Origin: Utricularia gibba | Taxonomy: Eukaryota; Plantae; Magnoliophyta | Direction: 5' to 3' | Length of the DNA stretch: 64,000 nt | Assembly: GCA_002189035.1 (NCBI GenBank) | Contig: NEEC01000014.1 | Location: forward strand, 2,480,001 to 2,544,000 | Shown here: piece after piece, positions 52,056-64,000 of the stretch | Layout: each line of letters opens with the position of its first letter | Position numbering within the stretch: position 1 is the first letter of the stretch | The notes under the pieces: model-generated | The model's input: only the letters and a program-made list of their open reading frames with translations | What the model was told of the DNA's origin: nothing | The model's database searches: none | Made by a program: the position numbers and the translations under genes

Positions 52056-53649
52056 ATGTGTTCTTCCCGTAAGCTGCCATCGCAGTTGAATATGCTGTGC
52101 ATCCTACTTGTTTTGCTCACTCTGTTGACACTCTTTCAGATGAAGTCAACCCCAACGCTACAGGTTGGATCGTGTTCATGTCCGAGGAGAAATGATGAAG
52201 AGGAGGAGGGAGTGACAGAAAAGTTGCGAGATTCGGTCACTTTTCTTCCTTTGAAGGATCTGCGTTTCTCTGATACTGCAATGAATGGGAACACTTGGTT
52301 CATGAGCTCCCTTGAGGATATCCGTGAAGAAGGTGAATCTGAGTATTTGAAATTCCCTTCAAACGCGACAAAAGGGAGGGTCTTATGTATTAAGGGTCGT
52401 GATGGGAGCGATGGATCCAGAAATTCATACGGATTAGCATGGAGAGAGTATCTTCCACATGATGCTACTGTGATGAAGGGGATGACATACATAGCTAATT
52501 CTCACTATCCTTACAACAACATTTGGCATGGACAATCAGCTTTGATGCCGCTTGTGGGATGGTACATTAAAAACAAGTGCAGAAAACCTGACAGATGGGT
52601 TTTATATTACAGAGGCGAACTCAAAACCAGTGCAGTTCCATGGTTGAGGAATCTGATGCAAGCAACATTTGATGGACACTTTACTTTGGAAGACTTTGAC
52701 AAGAATGAGACAAGGTCTGTGGCTGATGCTCCAGTTTGCTTTGAGGAGGCTGTAGTCATGAGACACAATGAAGGCAAGCTCTCAATGGAGAAGAGACATA
52801 AGGTTTATGATCTGATAAGATGCAAGGCAAGGATGCTTTGTAATGTAAGCTCGAAACAGAAACCGAAATCAGGGATTGGCATGACACTTCTTTTAAGACC
52901 AGGGTCACGAGCCTTCAAGAACTCGTCTACGGTGGTAAACATATTTCAGAAAGCTTGCAAGAAAGTAAACAACTGTCGGCTCTCAGTGGCTTACCCACAT
53001 AATCTCACATTCTGTGAGCAAGTTAGTATGAATCAGTACCCTCTATGCCATTCTTTTATTTCTTTAGTAGAAAGTGTACACACTGGTTCAGAACCATGAT
53101 TTGTACGTTTTAAAACAGCAGCAGGCTAAATCTAGGCGTATACAAAAACCATACTTCTTACAAACTAGAAAACCCAATGAAAGTTTTTCATTGTGTGGCA
53201 AACTCACGCCTACTTTTTTCTAACAAATTATGTTAATTCAGGTAGAGCTCATGCGGAAAACAGACATACTGATCTCGTCTCATGGGGCGCAAGTAACCAA
53301 CATGATCCTGATGGACAGAAACAGCAGCGTGATGGAAATGTTCCCTAAAGGCTGGCTCGAGCACGCAGGAGTCGGCCAATATGTGTTTCAATGGCTAGCT
53401 GACTGGTCCGGCATGCGACACCAGGGCGTGTGGCGAGACCCCGTCGCGGATGATTGCAGCGATTCGACGGACATGGACGCCTGTGTGCAGGCATCCTTCA
53501 TGGAGAGGAAGATTGGGCATAATGAATCATATTTCATGGAGTGGAGTGAAAGAGTTCTGAAGCAACATATTTTGGTGAACAAAAGGGCATTCAACGTTGG
53601 TGGAGTTACCCATGCTTGTGGGTGTGAGTTGCAAGTCCCTCTTCTATAA
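52056..53649 (+). CDS. Glycosyltransferase family 61-like (DUF563) protein, 2 exons
   Basis: N-terminal membrane anchor; LRDSVTFLPLKDLRF, NTWFMSS, NNIWHG, TDILISSHGAQVTNMILMDRNSSVMEMFPKGWLE. Intron 53022-53241. Confidence 0.82.
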
Positions 53650-53852
53650 GGCACATTGCCAATACCTAGCCTCAGCTTTGTGTTACTTATTGCGTTTACT
53701 AAAAATGGATTAGACTGATTAATAATATTAAAGTTAAAGATTCGATAAATTGGATGAATATACGTCCAAGTATATAAAAATCGTAAATCATATTTAAAAA
53801 GATTGAGCTAATCAAGTTGTATTATGGGATGAAAAACATGGGTATAGGTATT

Positions 53853-56294
53853 TTAGAATCGACTGGTTTTCTCCACATTGTTTCTATGGGCCTCCACCTT
53901 GAGCATATGGATCAAGAAATCGGCCCATGAGTCAATGGGCCCGGGGAGGCACCAATGAACGCAGTCGTTGTACAAAGTCACGTTCTCATTGGGCCAATGC
54001 CCATATCTGCTCGGGTGCCCATCGGGCCTCAAATTCATCGCCTGCGTCAAGTCCATCAACCGGAATTCCTTCGTCCCCCGCCCCTGCGCCGCTATCAATT
54101 CCTCCACCTGCGCCGCATAAAAGTCCAGGTTCATTCCCTCGAGTGCCGTCTCGTTGCTCCGATACGGCCGTCGTCGTAGACAATTTCCTCCCTGTTCCAC
54201 AACCCACCCTCGAAGTGCGACGGCGCGAACGTCCGCAAAATCGTGACGCCGCGGAATCGTTCTCGCCCCTCGATGGTGGCGAACGCCGTCCGGAACGCCC
54301 AGCGGTAGGCGTAGACCGAGGGAAGGTCGGTCATGTTCGGGATCTGGCAGAAGTGACACCCGACGATTTCGCCACGCTCGTGGTAGATGGCGGTGCGAGT
54401 GTACCAATGCCCGGAGCTGACAATGAGAAAGTCGAATTCATCGATCTCCGTCGCCCACACCGGATCCGGCTCGTCGAGGTACAGATCGAAGAGGCCGGTG
54501 TTCGTCGGGCCACCAGCGGTCCGTAGCTCAGACCTCACCAGAAAAGTCGACCAGAACGACGCAAGGGTAAAATTGTAACTTTCGTATCTCCACCTCTTGA
54601 ACCGCTCTCCCGGAGCCGTTGACACGTCCACGGGGTACTCCACCTCCCAGACACAAAAATAAAATAAAATAAAGACAATAATAAAAAAGCTCGCCCTCTG
54701 AATTCCGACAATTAATTTTGGGATTAAAATTTTTTTGTAATATTCAAACATCTTCCCCCTAATTAGGATAACTGTTTTTGGAAATATGCCTTCGTTGTAA
54801 TTTCCAGAGCATAAAAAGAAAAGTAAATATGGTGGTTGATGAGGGGGACCTTGAGATGCACCACGAAAGCGTCATTGTACCTAATGAGCACATGAAGGTC
54901 TTAATCATATACCCGGAACCCACCCCAATCAATCAATACCAACTTATTAAATAAACCCTAGTTAGTATTTGGTATAACCTCCAAATACATGTGGCTTAGT
55001 AACATTACAATTTTTTAATATTTATTATAATGATATAAATTAATTGAAATATAGTATTAATTAAATTAAACCAATCAAACACTGCATTATTATTATAATC
55101 ATGCAGTAGATGGTAACAGTTCAACCACTGAAAAAATTATTCAAACTGTGTTTTTGGTAAAAGTAAATTCAAACACACGAAGCATATTAATTATTAACCC
55201 ACTTTCTTTATTTTCCTATCTAACTTGGAATAACACAGGCTTCAAACCATAACTCCACCCACAGAAGTCGGGACAAACCCTTGAATTCCGACAAATATGT
55301 TCATTTTTTTCTTATTAAATTTCTAAACACCCGGTAGTGAAAGGGATATAGAGGGAAGGAGGGAGTCGAAAAGCCACACATCCATCCATCCAGCGCAGCT
55401 CGCTGGAGGTGGCTCCAAAGTGTCAATCAGACTGGGCTCCTTATTCTCCACACCTTACCTATCTTTTCTGCAGTCCTGGATATTGATGCAGATGAAGTTT
55501 GTCCTATTGTTGGTTTCTAGTTGGGACTGGCTGGCTGGCTAAAGGGAAAGGGAAAAACTGCAACTTTTAGCTCTTTGGGTGGTTTAGAGGGCCACTAGCT
55601 CTTTGGGGGTGACCTGGTTCTATTTACACATCCTCTCACATAATAATTTCATGGGAGATCAGATCCTCTTTGGACCTAGTTTACTTGTTCCTTAAAATAA
55701 AGCAACTAGATAGGTTATGCACATGAATACAAAGTCATTGAGTTGGCAGTTGTTTGGACTTCGTTGTATGCAAGAAGAGGGTGATGGGATGGACTGGGTT
55801 TTGAGGTAGTAACTGGAGAAACCTCTAATTCCAAGTAGGAGATAAGAGAGTTACCTTGGATAAGAGGCAGATCATGGACTGCATTTGGTTCCGGGCCACC
55901 GAGTCGCCGACGAACGCCATGGATTTCCCGGCGACCATTTTCAGGAACCGGGCCGGATCGAAAACCGGCAGGTCGCAGCCGTGGGGCTTCCACCTCCACC
56001 GCATGAAGCCGGAATCCGGCCGCCCGTACTTCATGCAATTCTGGTGCTCGTGTATCGCCCAGCAGGTCCGATTCGTGTAATATGGAGCGTGCGGATTGGG
56101 ACCCATTCTCCGACGGAGATGTCGCACTCCGTCGCGTCCGTCTCCGCTGCATGAAGTTCCACCGACTCGGGGGAGCCGTCGTAGTCGTATACGAGAGACG
56201 GGTAACGAGAACTTATGACGGCGATTACGATGACGGCGCCGAGGAGAAGTCTCACCGCGTGCTTCGTGCTGGGTTTACTCCGACTAAGCTCCAT
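53853..56294 (-). CDS. TBL: TRICHOME BIREFRINGENCE-LIKE O-acetyltransferase (TBL19/21-like), 2 exons; two apparent -1 frameshifts
   Basis: TM anchor, CD...[20 protein letters not shown] ([10 protein letters not shown]), [20 protein letters not shown] (DxxH). Intron 54644-55854. Confidence 0.9.
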
Positions 56295-56896
56295 GGATTG
56301 GGACCGAGGAAGAGGAACTTCCCTCTCCGAAAGAGAGAGAAATAATGATCTCTATCTTTTCCAAAGGCTGCTGGGTTGCCCAAAATTAAATAAAGTAGAC
56401 CAACTATTTTAAAACATTTAGGGGCCCCAATATTGTAATAATACCCTGGATTATTTCCTCCCCTTGGAATTTTTTATGCTCAAAAAACAATTAAAATCGA
56501 AAAAAGAATGGAATTTTTTATGACACTACTGTAAAGTGTAATAGTGGCCCGGATTATTGTGCTCCTTGGAATTGTTTTTTGCTGAAAAGAAGACATTCTC
56601 TCTCGAAACACACCATTTTTTATTTCATAGCTAGGCATTTCATTTAATAAGGTCAACCAAATTATAAACACAAATATTTCCATTTTAATAAAATTATTAC
56701 ACATTTTTCGTGTATAGTGAACGATCTTCTTGTTGCTAACGTCACCCCTAACCGTTATGACAATATGTCTGAGGATGTCCGAGAAGTCTCACCGCGACCG
56801 ACACGGTGGCCGACGACGGCACGCGGCAGTTGACGGGAATACTGAGAATAAAAAATATGATTTAATTATGGAGATGAATTTTATCAATTTTGCTTC

Positions 56897-56919
56897 ATAA
56901 TAATAATAATAATAATAAT
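56897..56919. repeat. (AAT)n microsatellite
   Basis: Seen directly. Confidence 0.85.
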
Positions 56920-56999
56920 GATTAAAAACGTCATTTTTATTAAATAGTAGATACTAAAAGGGAATAAATAATACAGAACTTTAACATCAAGGGGCTAAT

Positions 57000-57260
57000 G
57001 GGAAACTATTGCATCGGATGGGCAATGAAATGGGGTGTGATTGGAAGCCATTAGCATAAAGGGTATGGGAGTATAAGCCTGGAAGGCTTCCTGGGCCATA
57101 CAGGGAAGGAAGCTTTCTCTTCTGCCATGGGATCAGGGTCATCTTGAACCTTGCTCAAAGCAACCTGGTTACAGAGTGCTTGTGAATAAAGCTTGATTTA
57201 CTAGTCACTCTTATCATCATCTCAAGACTGGTCAGCTTCTCCGGGTTCTTTTTTCCTGGC
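57000..57260 (+). mobile_element. Possible non-LTR (LINE) RNase H-like remnant
   Basis: GIGW... followed by YREGSFLFCHGIRVILNLAQSNLVTEC loosely resembles the plant LINE RVT_3 pattern. It is interrupted by stops. Confidence 0.3.
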
Positions 57261-57482
57261 ATTGTAGAATCACCATCAAAGGATGGCCATCTTCTTCCGT
57301 CATTTCGGAGTTGGGATTATGAGCAGCACTTGGGTTGACTTCTTCCGGCAACAAAGTCGGAGGTTTTGGGTGAGATGGGTAGGAGGACAGCAGAAATTAG
57401 TAGGATAGCAATGGTTATTAGATAGACTAGGTTATACACGCTACATTGTACATCAATCCCGGGAATGCGGTCGGGTCAAGGT

Positions 57483-59752
57483 TCAGGCGGCGGAAACTCT
57501 GATGTGAAGCCCGTCTGGGGCTTCAACTCGGGGAAAATGGATGAGCTTATCATCTCCTCCAACTACTTCCCATTCGTATCTCGTCACGAAATAATGAAGG
57601 AATACAGAGATTTCAACCAGTCCCAGTTCTTTTCCAGGGCAATGTCGGGTGCCTCCTCCGAAAATCAGACAACGTTGATGCTTCTCTAGCCCATTCCCCT
57701 GCAAAATTCAACACATTATTTTTCCGAATAGAATGGTCAGTGACGAGAAAATGGGTTTGCAGCTACGGACCAGCCATCTCCATGGATTGAAGGTGCAGGG
57801 ATCGGGATAAAGGGATTGATCGTAGTTCTCCTCTCTTGTGTACACGTATATCCTCCATCCTTTTGGGATCACGTATCCTGAAATTCTTGTGTTTTCAGTG
57901 CCTTCATATGAGACATGAATGATGCTGTTTTTGTGTTTGTAAAAATGCCTGAAAGAGATGCTTTTTCTCTCTTATCCCTAGTGGTATGCAGAATATTTCT
58001 TCTAGACAAGATATGGGATGACATGAAATACCTCCCATGTGGATCATCATGGGGTAGGGTCCATACAAAAAGAATAAATATAAGTCTCTCATTGCTTACA
58101 CTTATATGGACCTGTTGCTCCTGTGTGGATTTCCGGAAGTATGTTACAAGTAGAAAACTGTGTACTTGAGATGCCTAATATACGAGTTGGCTATGTCTAG
58201 TTGAATGAATTCATGCTTCTACTTTACTGCGAATCATAAATGAATGCGTACACACAAGGAACAGTGGTTGTCCACACCATTCATTTCCATCTGCTTTGTA
58301 GTTTTTCTTAAAACTCCGTTTACTATTGTTGCTAGCCTTGATGTCTCATATATGACCTGCAAAACAAGCTATCAGGCAACTGCAAAAAAAATTTACTTTT
58401 CCCTGCAAGTGTTTGTTCTCTTGAAGACAAGGACTCACGGCTTGGGTAAATCTCATTGATTTGTAATCATTGTAGTCGATTGGATCTTCAGGGTTCTTTC
58501 TTCCTCTTATTTCCATGTGCTCTTTCTGTAATTTCCATGTCTTGAGTCAGCAAAACAGATGAAATGAAGGCTGTCTTTTACTTTTGTGGCTTACTTTCAG
58601 TTCTTCAAGTACTTTTGGATGGTCTCGGAGATACTTGATGGCCATCATAGAAGTTGTCGACACCGTCTCAAAGCCTGAATACAAAATGGTGATGATCAAG
58701 TCGATCATTTCCTCATCTCTTAGCTTGAGCTTGCTGTCATCATCCAGTAGAAAACCAAGCATGTCATGGTGTATTTTTTCATGTGAGGATTTTCTTTCTT
58801 CCAGTAGTTTCCTCAGCCTGCAGGTAATCTTCCTTCTTGCCTGTTATTAAATTTGAGCCGTTATCTGACACCTGATGTGAATACGAAAAAAATCACGATA
58901 TTCCAGTACAATCTATGTTCTTTTTATGAACATACCTGAGACGCACACCAGTAATTGGTATTGGGAAGGTTGATGGGAAGCGAAAGCGTTCCTTGAACTA
59001 GTTTGAAAAACTCAGGCATAAACTTCTGGCCAATCATGCTAGCTTCTTCACTGACAATTTGGCTTAGGAACGACAGGAAAGCCATCTGATCAACATCTTG
59101 TATGAGAACAGAGTGGCAGCATCAAGTAAGAACTCTGTTGGATTTGAAATTTCTGTTCTAACCTCTTTTGTCTTCTGCTGAATGTCAACGACTTTCCTAT
59201 CCCAGTTATCCAAATGGGATCTCATGAAACTGTCGATGTTGGGCAGGAGTCGATCCTTGATCATCGTAGGGTTCACAAGTGCTAGCAGTGCACCTCTCAG
59301 GTGCTTATGTGCAGAGCCATGGACAGCTGCAATGTTAAATTCTCCCAAGATTTCCAACATGGATTGAGGGTAACCAGGTACCAGTCCCTTTGCTTCACTG
59401 ACCAGAATGTATCTGTTCACCTCTGGATCCATTGAAACGATGGTGGGACTCCCTAGTAGATGGGATTTGAAAAAACTCCCAAATCTGCAAAACCATATAA
59501 AAAAGCATTTATCAGAGAAACATTCCATGCATCCTTAGCCTCTCTCTGTCCCTCCATAAAATCACCAAGACACCTTAATCTCTTGTTCTTCATGAATGCA
59601 GGTCCTTGTTCCAGGAACTCGGCCGTCTCTCCAAACACCGGCCAGCCCATGCTTCCGGGGGGCAATCCTCTCTTGGTGTACGCGAGGTTCCACAGGAGGA
59701 AAGCAATACTGATGAGGCAGATTCCCAAAAATATGAACAGCAACAAAGCCAT
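57483..59752 (-). CDS. CYP85A: Cytochrome P450 CYP85A (brassinosteroid C-6 oxidase), 8 exons
   Basis: LPPGSMGWPVFGETAEFL, FGSFFKSHLLG, LVPGYPQSM, I-helix ILYSGFETVSTT, ETSR, PWRW, heme motif FGGGTRHCPG. Frames are consistent. Confidence 0.93.
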
Positions 59753-61399
59753 GGTTAAGGGAAGAGAAGCAGGATGCAGCAGCTCTGAAAGGTATATTGA
59801 TTTGCTGTGGTTGTAGTTGTAGTTGTATGGCCAAGTCATGAGCTCGTGCGGGTGCTTAAATAGACGTGAGAGAAATCAATGCCAGAGAAAAAGATGTGTA
59901 GAGATCCACCTACAGAGGCTCTCGCCTGCAAAATTCATTCAAGAAATTCATGCACAAAATCCTGAAAGTCGGACATTTTAATGACCTCATGCTCCTGTCC
60001 ATTGCATTCATTCCAATTTCCTACTTTTCTTTATCTGTGAATTGTGTGCAACATCATCCATAGTAACATGTCAAAAATACGAATGAAAAGGAATAAACTA
60101 TCTTAACATTTTTGTATTGTAAATTAGAGTTACGTTTAAAAAAATCAATTCTGGAATGATTTTAATATAATAAAAAAATTCTGATAAATTTATAAATTAT
60201 TTTCTATATTACTGCAATAATTGAAACAGATTTGTATTAAGATTATGATTTAAAATCATACATTGCAATTTATTTGATTGATGATTGAAATTGTTCATAA
60301 AAAATGTGGACATAATTAAAATGATTCTAAAAAATTAAAAGAGTAAATGATATTCTTGAGATAATAAATAAAATATTTTTGGAAAGGTTGCCTATACGTT
60401 GGGTTAGAGTCTTGAAAATAACAAGAAACATGTGGTGGTATTTAATGAGGAAATAGACATGTGTTAAACAAACAATTATTTTACCCCATTGCACTCCAGG
60501 GCTGTTTAATGGGTAGCATTTATTGCTGTAATTTGCGCATTGTGTTTCCTAAGTAAATAACAAGGAATTAATCATTTAAATAAGATACTTAATATTAATT
60601 TACAGATGCAATGCAATTATCTATCAGTGAAAGGCAACAGCTAATGGGGAAATGGGTATTCTTTTTGAAATAGTTTTTTTAAATTTTTTTTGAAAAATAC
60701 TTTAAAAATAATTTAGAAGCTTTTATATTTATTGAAAAAAATTACATTATATTTTATTAAAATTAATTTCTAAAAAATAAAAAAGTGTTCATGGATTGCT
60801 GGAGTTGGGGGCACCATTCACAGCAGATTTGCATTCAGGATGGAAATGTGAGTGGTGTGTTTAAGGTTTTGTTGATTTTGGTGGGCCGATGAGGTTTAGG
60901 GTAGAAGATTGATGATTACATTTATCTTCGTCTTCGCGTTGGAAGAGCTTTTGAAAAAAATTGTATCTTGATGCCTACCTTTGAAAACTCTTCACGTCAC
61001 GTAGCTCACTGGTCTAGTGTTTCTTGAAACGCTCCTATGGGCAAAGCGTCCGCAAACCCCTCCATATCATGTTCTTCCATTGGAGAGCATAAAAGGAACA
61101 ACAGCAAAAAATGATCGAAGTTCATCGAGTATGACATCTTCGGGGGATTGAAAGAAAACTCCGGCAGCCAATTGGAACCCACGCTGGCGCCAGAGGCTGC
61201 ACTTGCCTCCACCGCCGAGTTCCCTTGGAGAGGAGAAATATAAGCATTTGGATATCTGGTGTTTTTGTAACAGTTCAATTTGAGGAAAAAAATTTGTATT
61301 GGGTTTGTGTTTATGTCACAGGCTTTGGTATAAAAAACAAGAAATGGAGAGAGAGAATGAAAAGGGAGTGATGTTAGAAGCTATTTGAGGCAGAAGTGG

Positions 61400-62550
61400 A
61401 GCACATGGGAACCACTCCTTACAAAATATTTTGAAAAGGGTATGGTTGCAGCATGATGCTTAGGGGTCAGTTCCCATACCACATGTTTGTTCTTTTCATG
61501 CTATCATTGCAAACTCCTCAGGGCTTGCATATTGAAAACAGGACTCTATGCTTGGAATATGCACACATGATGGGCCTTGTCTCATTGATTGGCTGGCAGA
61601 CTATTAACCTGCTGCATCTGGGGCATGTCGCTTCTCCCAAAATGTGTACAATGCAGTGAGAGTGAGCATACTTCCAAGAAAAGGGCACAAGCATGGTGAT
61701 GAAAATTCGGCCATGGGGTTTGGCTTGTGTAATGCAGTGCAGATTATATAGTTGAGGATTGATGTTCCCAAACCGGTGGGTCATCGGTTAGACAAGTAAA
61801 AAGGGTTAGTTCAGTATGAGAACCTTAGGCCCTGGACCAGGGCTCAGATCCTGCCCATGACAGTGATAATGAGCTTAACATGTGATTGATGGCTAGTCAA
61901 GAGTTCTTCCACGTCCGCCAAATCTTCACAGTAACATCAATTACCACTCAGTCAATCGCTGCTGCACCCCAAGAAAATTATAGAGCGTGTTTTCGGAGAT
62001 ACTGTTCTTGATATCCTCTCCAATGACTCTTCTAAATCTGGTACTAGGATAGTGCTTTCACAAGAGAGGATCTGATAAATGGTAATCTAACTTGTTCAAG
62101 TTTTGTAGGAGATGAAAATCTCGTCCCATTATTTATTTACTTTGCCTATGTGCAGAGGGCTGAGTTTGGGTCTACGCATGGGACCTGCTGGTAATAAATT
62201 CCAAATTTTATGGTACAATTATGAACAAGTTCTTTTTTTTCATACAAGAAAAGTCCCCCTGCGTCTTCTTCTTCTTGGTTGAAGGTTCCTCCAGGTCTAC
62301 ATCTACTTTGAATATTTTGGAGAGAACTCACCCACTCCATCCTTAAGATCCGCAAGATATGAAGCATGACTGCCAAGGGACGCGTTGGTATCGGGTTGGA
62401 GCTTTATCTCCGGGGATGTGTCTCCAGGCTTCGCCATAAAAACGGGGGGTGAAGCCAAGGTAGTTGATGTCCGTACATCCTTCCTTTTCGATGGCTACAG
62501 AAAAGCGAGGTGCCTTCGGTTGGCAATGCTATGAATGCTGGTGGTTTAGT
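61400..62550 (+). mobile_element. Possible decayed LINE 3' region (zf-RVT then RNase H-like)
   Basis: LAGRLLTCCIWGMSLLPKCVQCSESEH (about 61590-61670) resembles zf-RVT, and a VGIG...EAKVV segment (about 62380-62470) resembles RVT_3. Heavily interrupted. Confidence 0.3.
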
Positions 62551-64000
62551 GTCTAATTTTGTTTTCTCCTCGTCTTTGTTTTGGGAAGCAGTTAATGATG
62601 TCGTTATACTTATTTTAGGGGAAGGTAGTTGTTAGTTAGCTGATTGTGATTTTGTCAAATGGATGGAATGGGACGATAACCAGTCCCAGAAAGTAAGGGA
62701 AAACGTTTGTTCTAAATAAAATCAAGGAATATAGACTACCCAAGCCGGCCACTTCATTGATATTCATCTTGCTGAGGATGCATAGAAACCATGCACAAAA
62801 TAATGAAGCATGGTGGGGGAGCTTGAGGCCTGAGGATGATGTTAATCGAAAGTCCAACAAACAAGCCTTGTGAAGTTTTCAACTTTGTAACTGGCTCGTC
62901 TGTAATGGTGCTTAAGTGATTGATAATCAATTTGTGGAAGCTGGGCGCCCCAACGCCAATGAATTTGAATCATGTTTCAGCTGTTCTCCGTTCGTTTTTT
63001 TTTTCAGGGTTCAACCTCTGAAGTATCAGACTGCTGCCATGATTCTGTGTGCAGATATGGTGCAATGGCACCAGCTGGTAGGCAGTTTGTTGGGAACTGC
63101 ATCATGAACACCAATGCCACCCACCTCCACCGCAGCCAAAGCCCCGGGGGATCGGAAGGAGTTGAGCAACTCCGCCTGGAATATCTGCTGAAATACAGTG
63201 GAATCAGTGGCAGCTTGTGATGGCACACTTGGGAATCTGTTACGGAAGGATTGATTCCCTCGTCAAAATGTGTATTAACGCCTGATAGCTTAGTAACATT
63301 GACCTCTATTTACAGCCTGATGATCCAGGGTTTTAGACCCTCTTATGCCTAATTTACGTTAGGAAACAATGGATATTGGCCTACCCAACTTTCCCATATA
63401 GGGTTCATGAAGCTTCGTGATAACTCGATATTTTCAGCAACAACAAGAACTCATATTAGGCATCATACAAAAATTCAGAAAATACCAAGTCATCATCATC
63501 ATCGTGGTTTGGAATTAGGCGATTCAGTTGTTTCTGCTCGAAAAGAGAAGCAAAATCCATAGGTCGTTCTTGGGCCTGATTTGAAGCATCATTGAGAAAC
63601 GAGACGTGTCCCAGCAACTGAGCAGCTACAGTCAACATTTGTGTATTCCAATTAATAGCTACAGCCAACCCAAATCCAAAACCCAAGACAAACTTCCCAT
63701 GTTGTCACACTTGAGCTCACGCAAACATCAACCTTGACGATTTTTTAATGGATGCAAGTGGGGGGTCTGGGAGTTTAGCATTCTGGTTTTGGTTCAACAT
63801 TACTTATACTGTATAATATTCGACAAGCTGACTAAGAATGGGTTCGACTGCGAATGTGATGGTATCTACATTGGAACAGACTAAACCAAGAGGTTTGTAC
63901 TAGGATTCAACCCATTCCATGACACCCCTCTTTCACTTCTGCATAGGAAGAAACTTTTCTTCTTGCAATAACGTCTTGGAACAGACTAAACCAACAGGTT

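Noticed and set aside
55605-55630. GGGGTGACCTG resembling the miR398 complement
   Set aside because: The match breaks after about 11 nt and no fold-back partner is visible.

Overview
Gene-dense plant (eudicot-like) nuclear DNA with short spliceosomal introns. It holds about 21 protein-coding genes, one tRNA-Phe, one decayed full-length Ty1/copia element, a pair of inverted LTR-like repeats and probable LINE remnants. Gene order: condensin CAP-D2 (5' part outside the window), tRNA-Phe, 3-dehydroquinate synthase II homolog, PYE-like bHLH, nsLTP, AVT1 transporter, PPR (E class), AAR3/DCN1-like, alpha-expansin, a 53-aa membrane microprotein, CASP, cystathionine gamma-synthase (CGS) with MTO1 region, At5g39570-like Gly/Tyr repeat protein, CNGC2-like channel, copia element, BAT1 permease, ATAF-type NAC, Asp1 aspartic protease, YCF37, GT61-like, TBL acetyltransferase, CYP85A. 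Gene identities come from recalled family motifs, not database searches. The strongest pattern is 10 apparent frameshifts in 8 genes, each repaired by adding exactly one base, nearly always where a G/C run is available. This most likely reflects long-read consensus errors, so these genes should not be called pseudogenes without read-level checks. Best biological leads: (1) a CGS with intact catalytic residues and MTO1 arrest peptide but non-conservative changes in four normally conserved motifs; (2) an orphan telo-box/site-II promoter with a splice donor and a hairpin but no obvious ORF (about 23.0-23.8 kb); (3) a two-TM microprotein; (4) a tRNA-Trp-primed copia whose 3' LTR ends 45 bp from the BAT1 stop codon.
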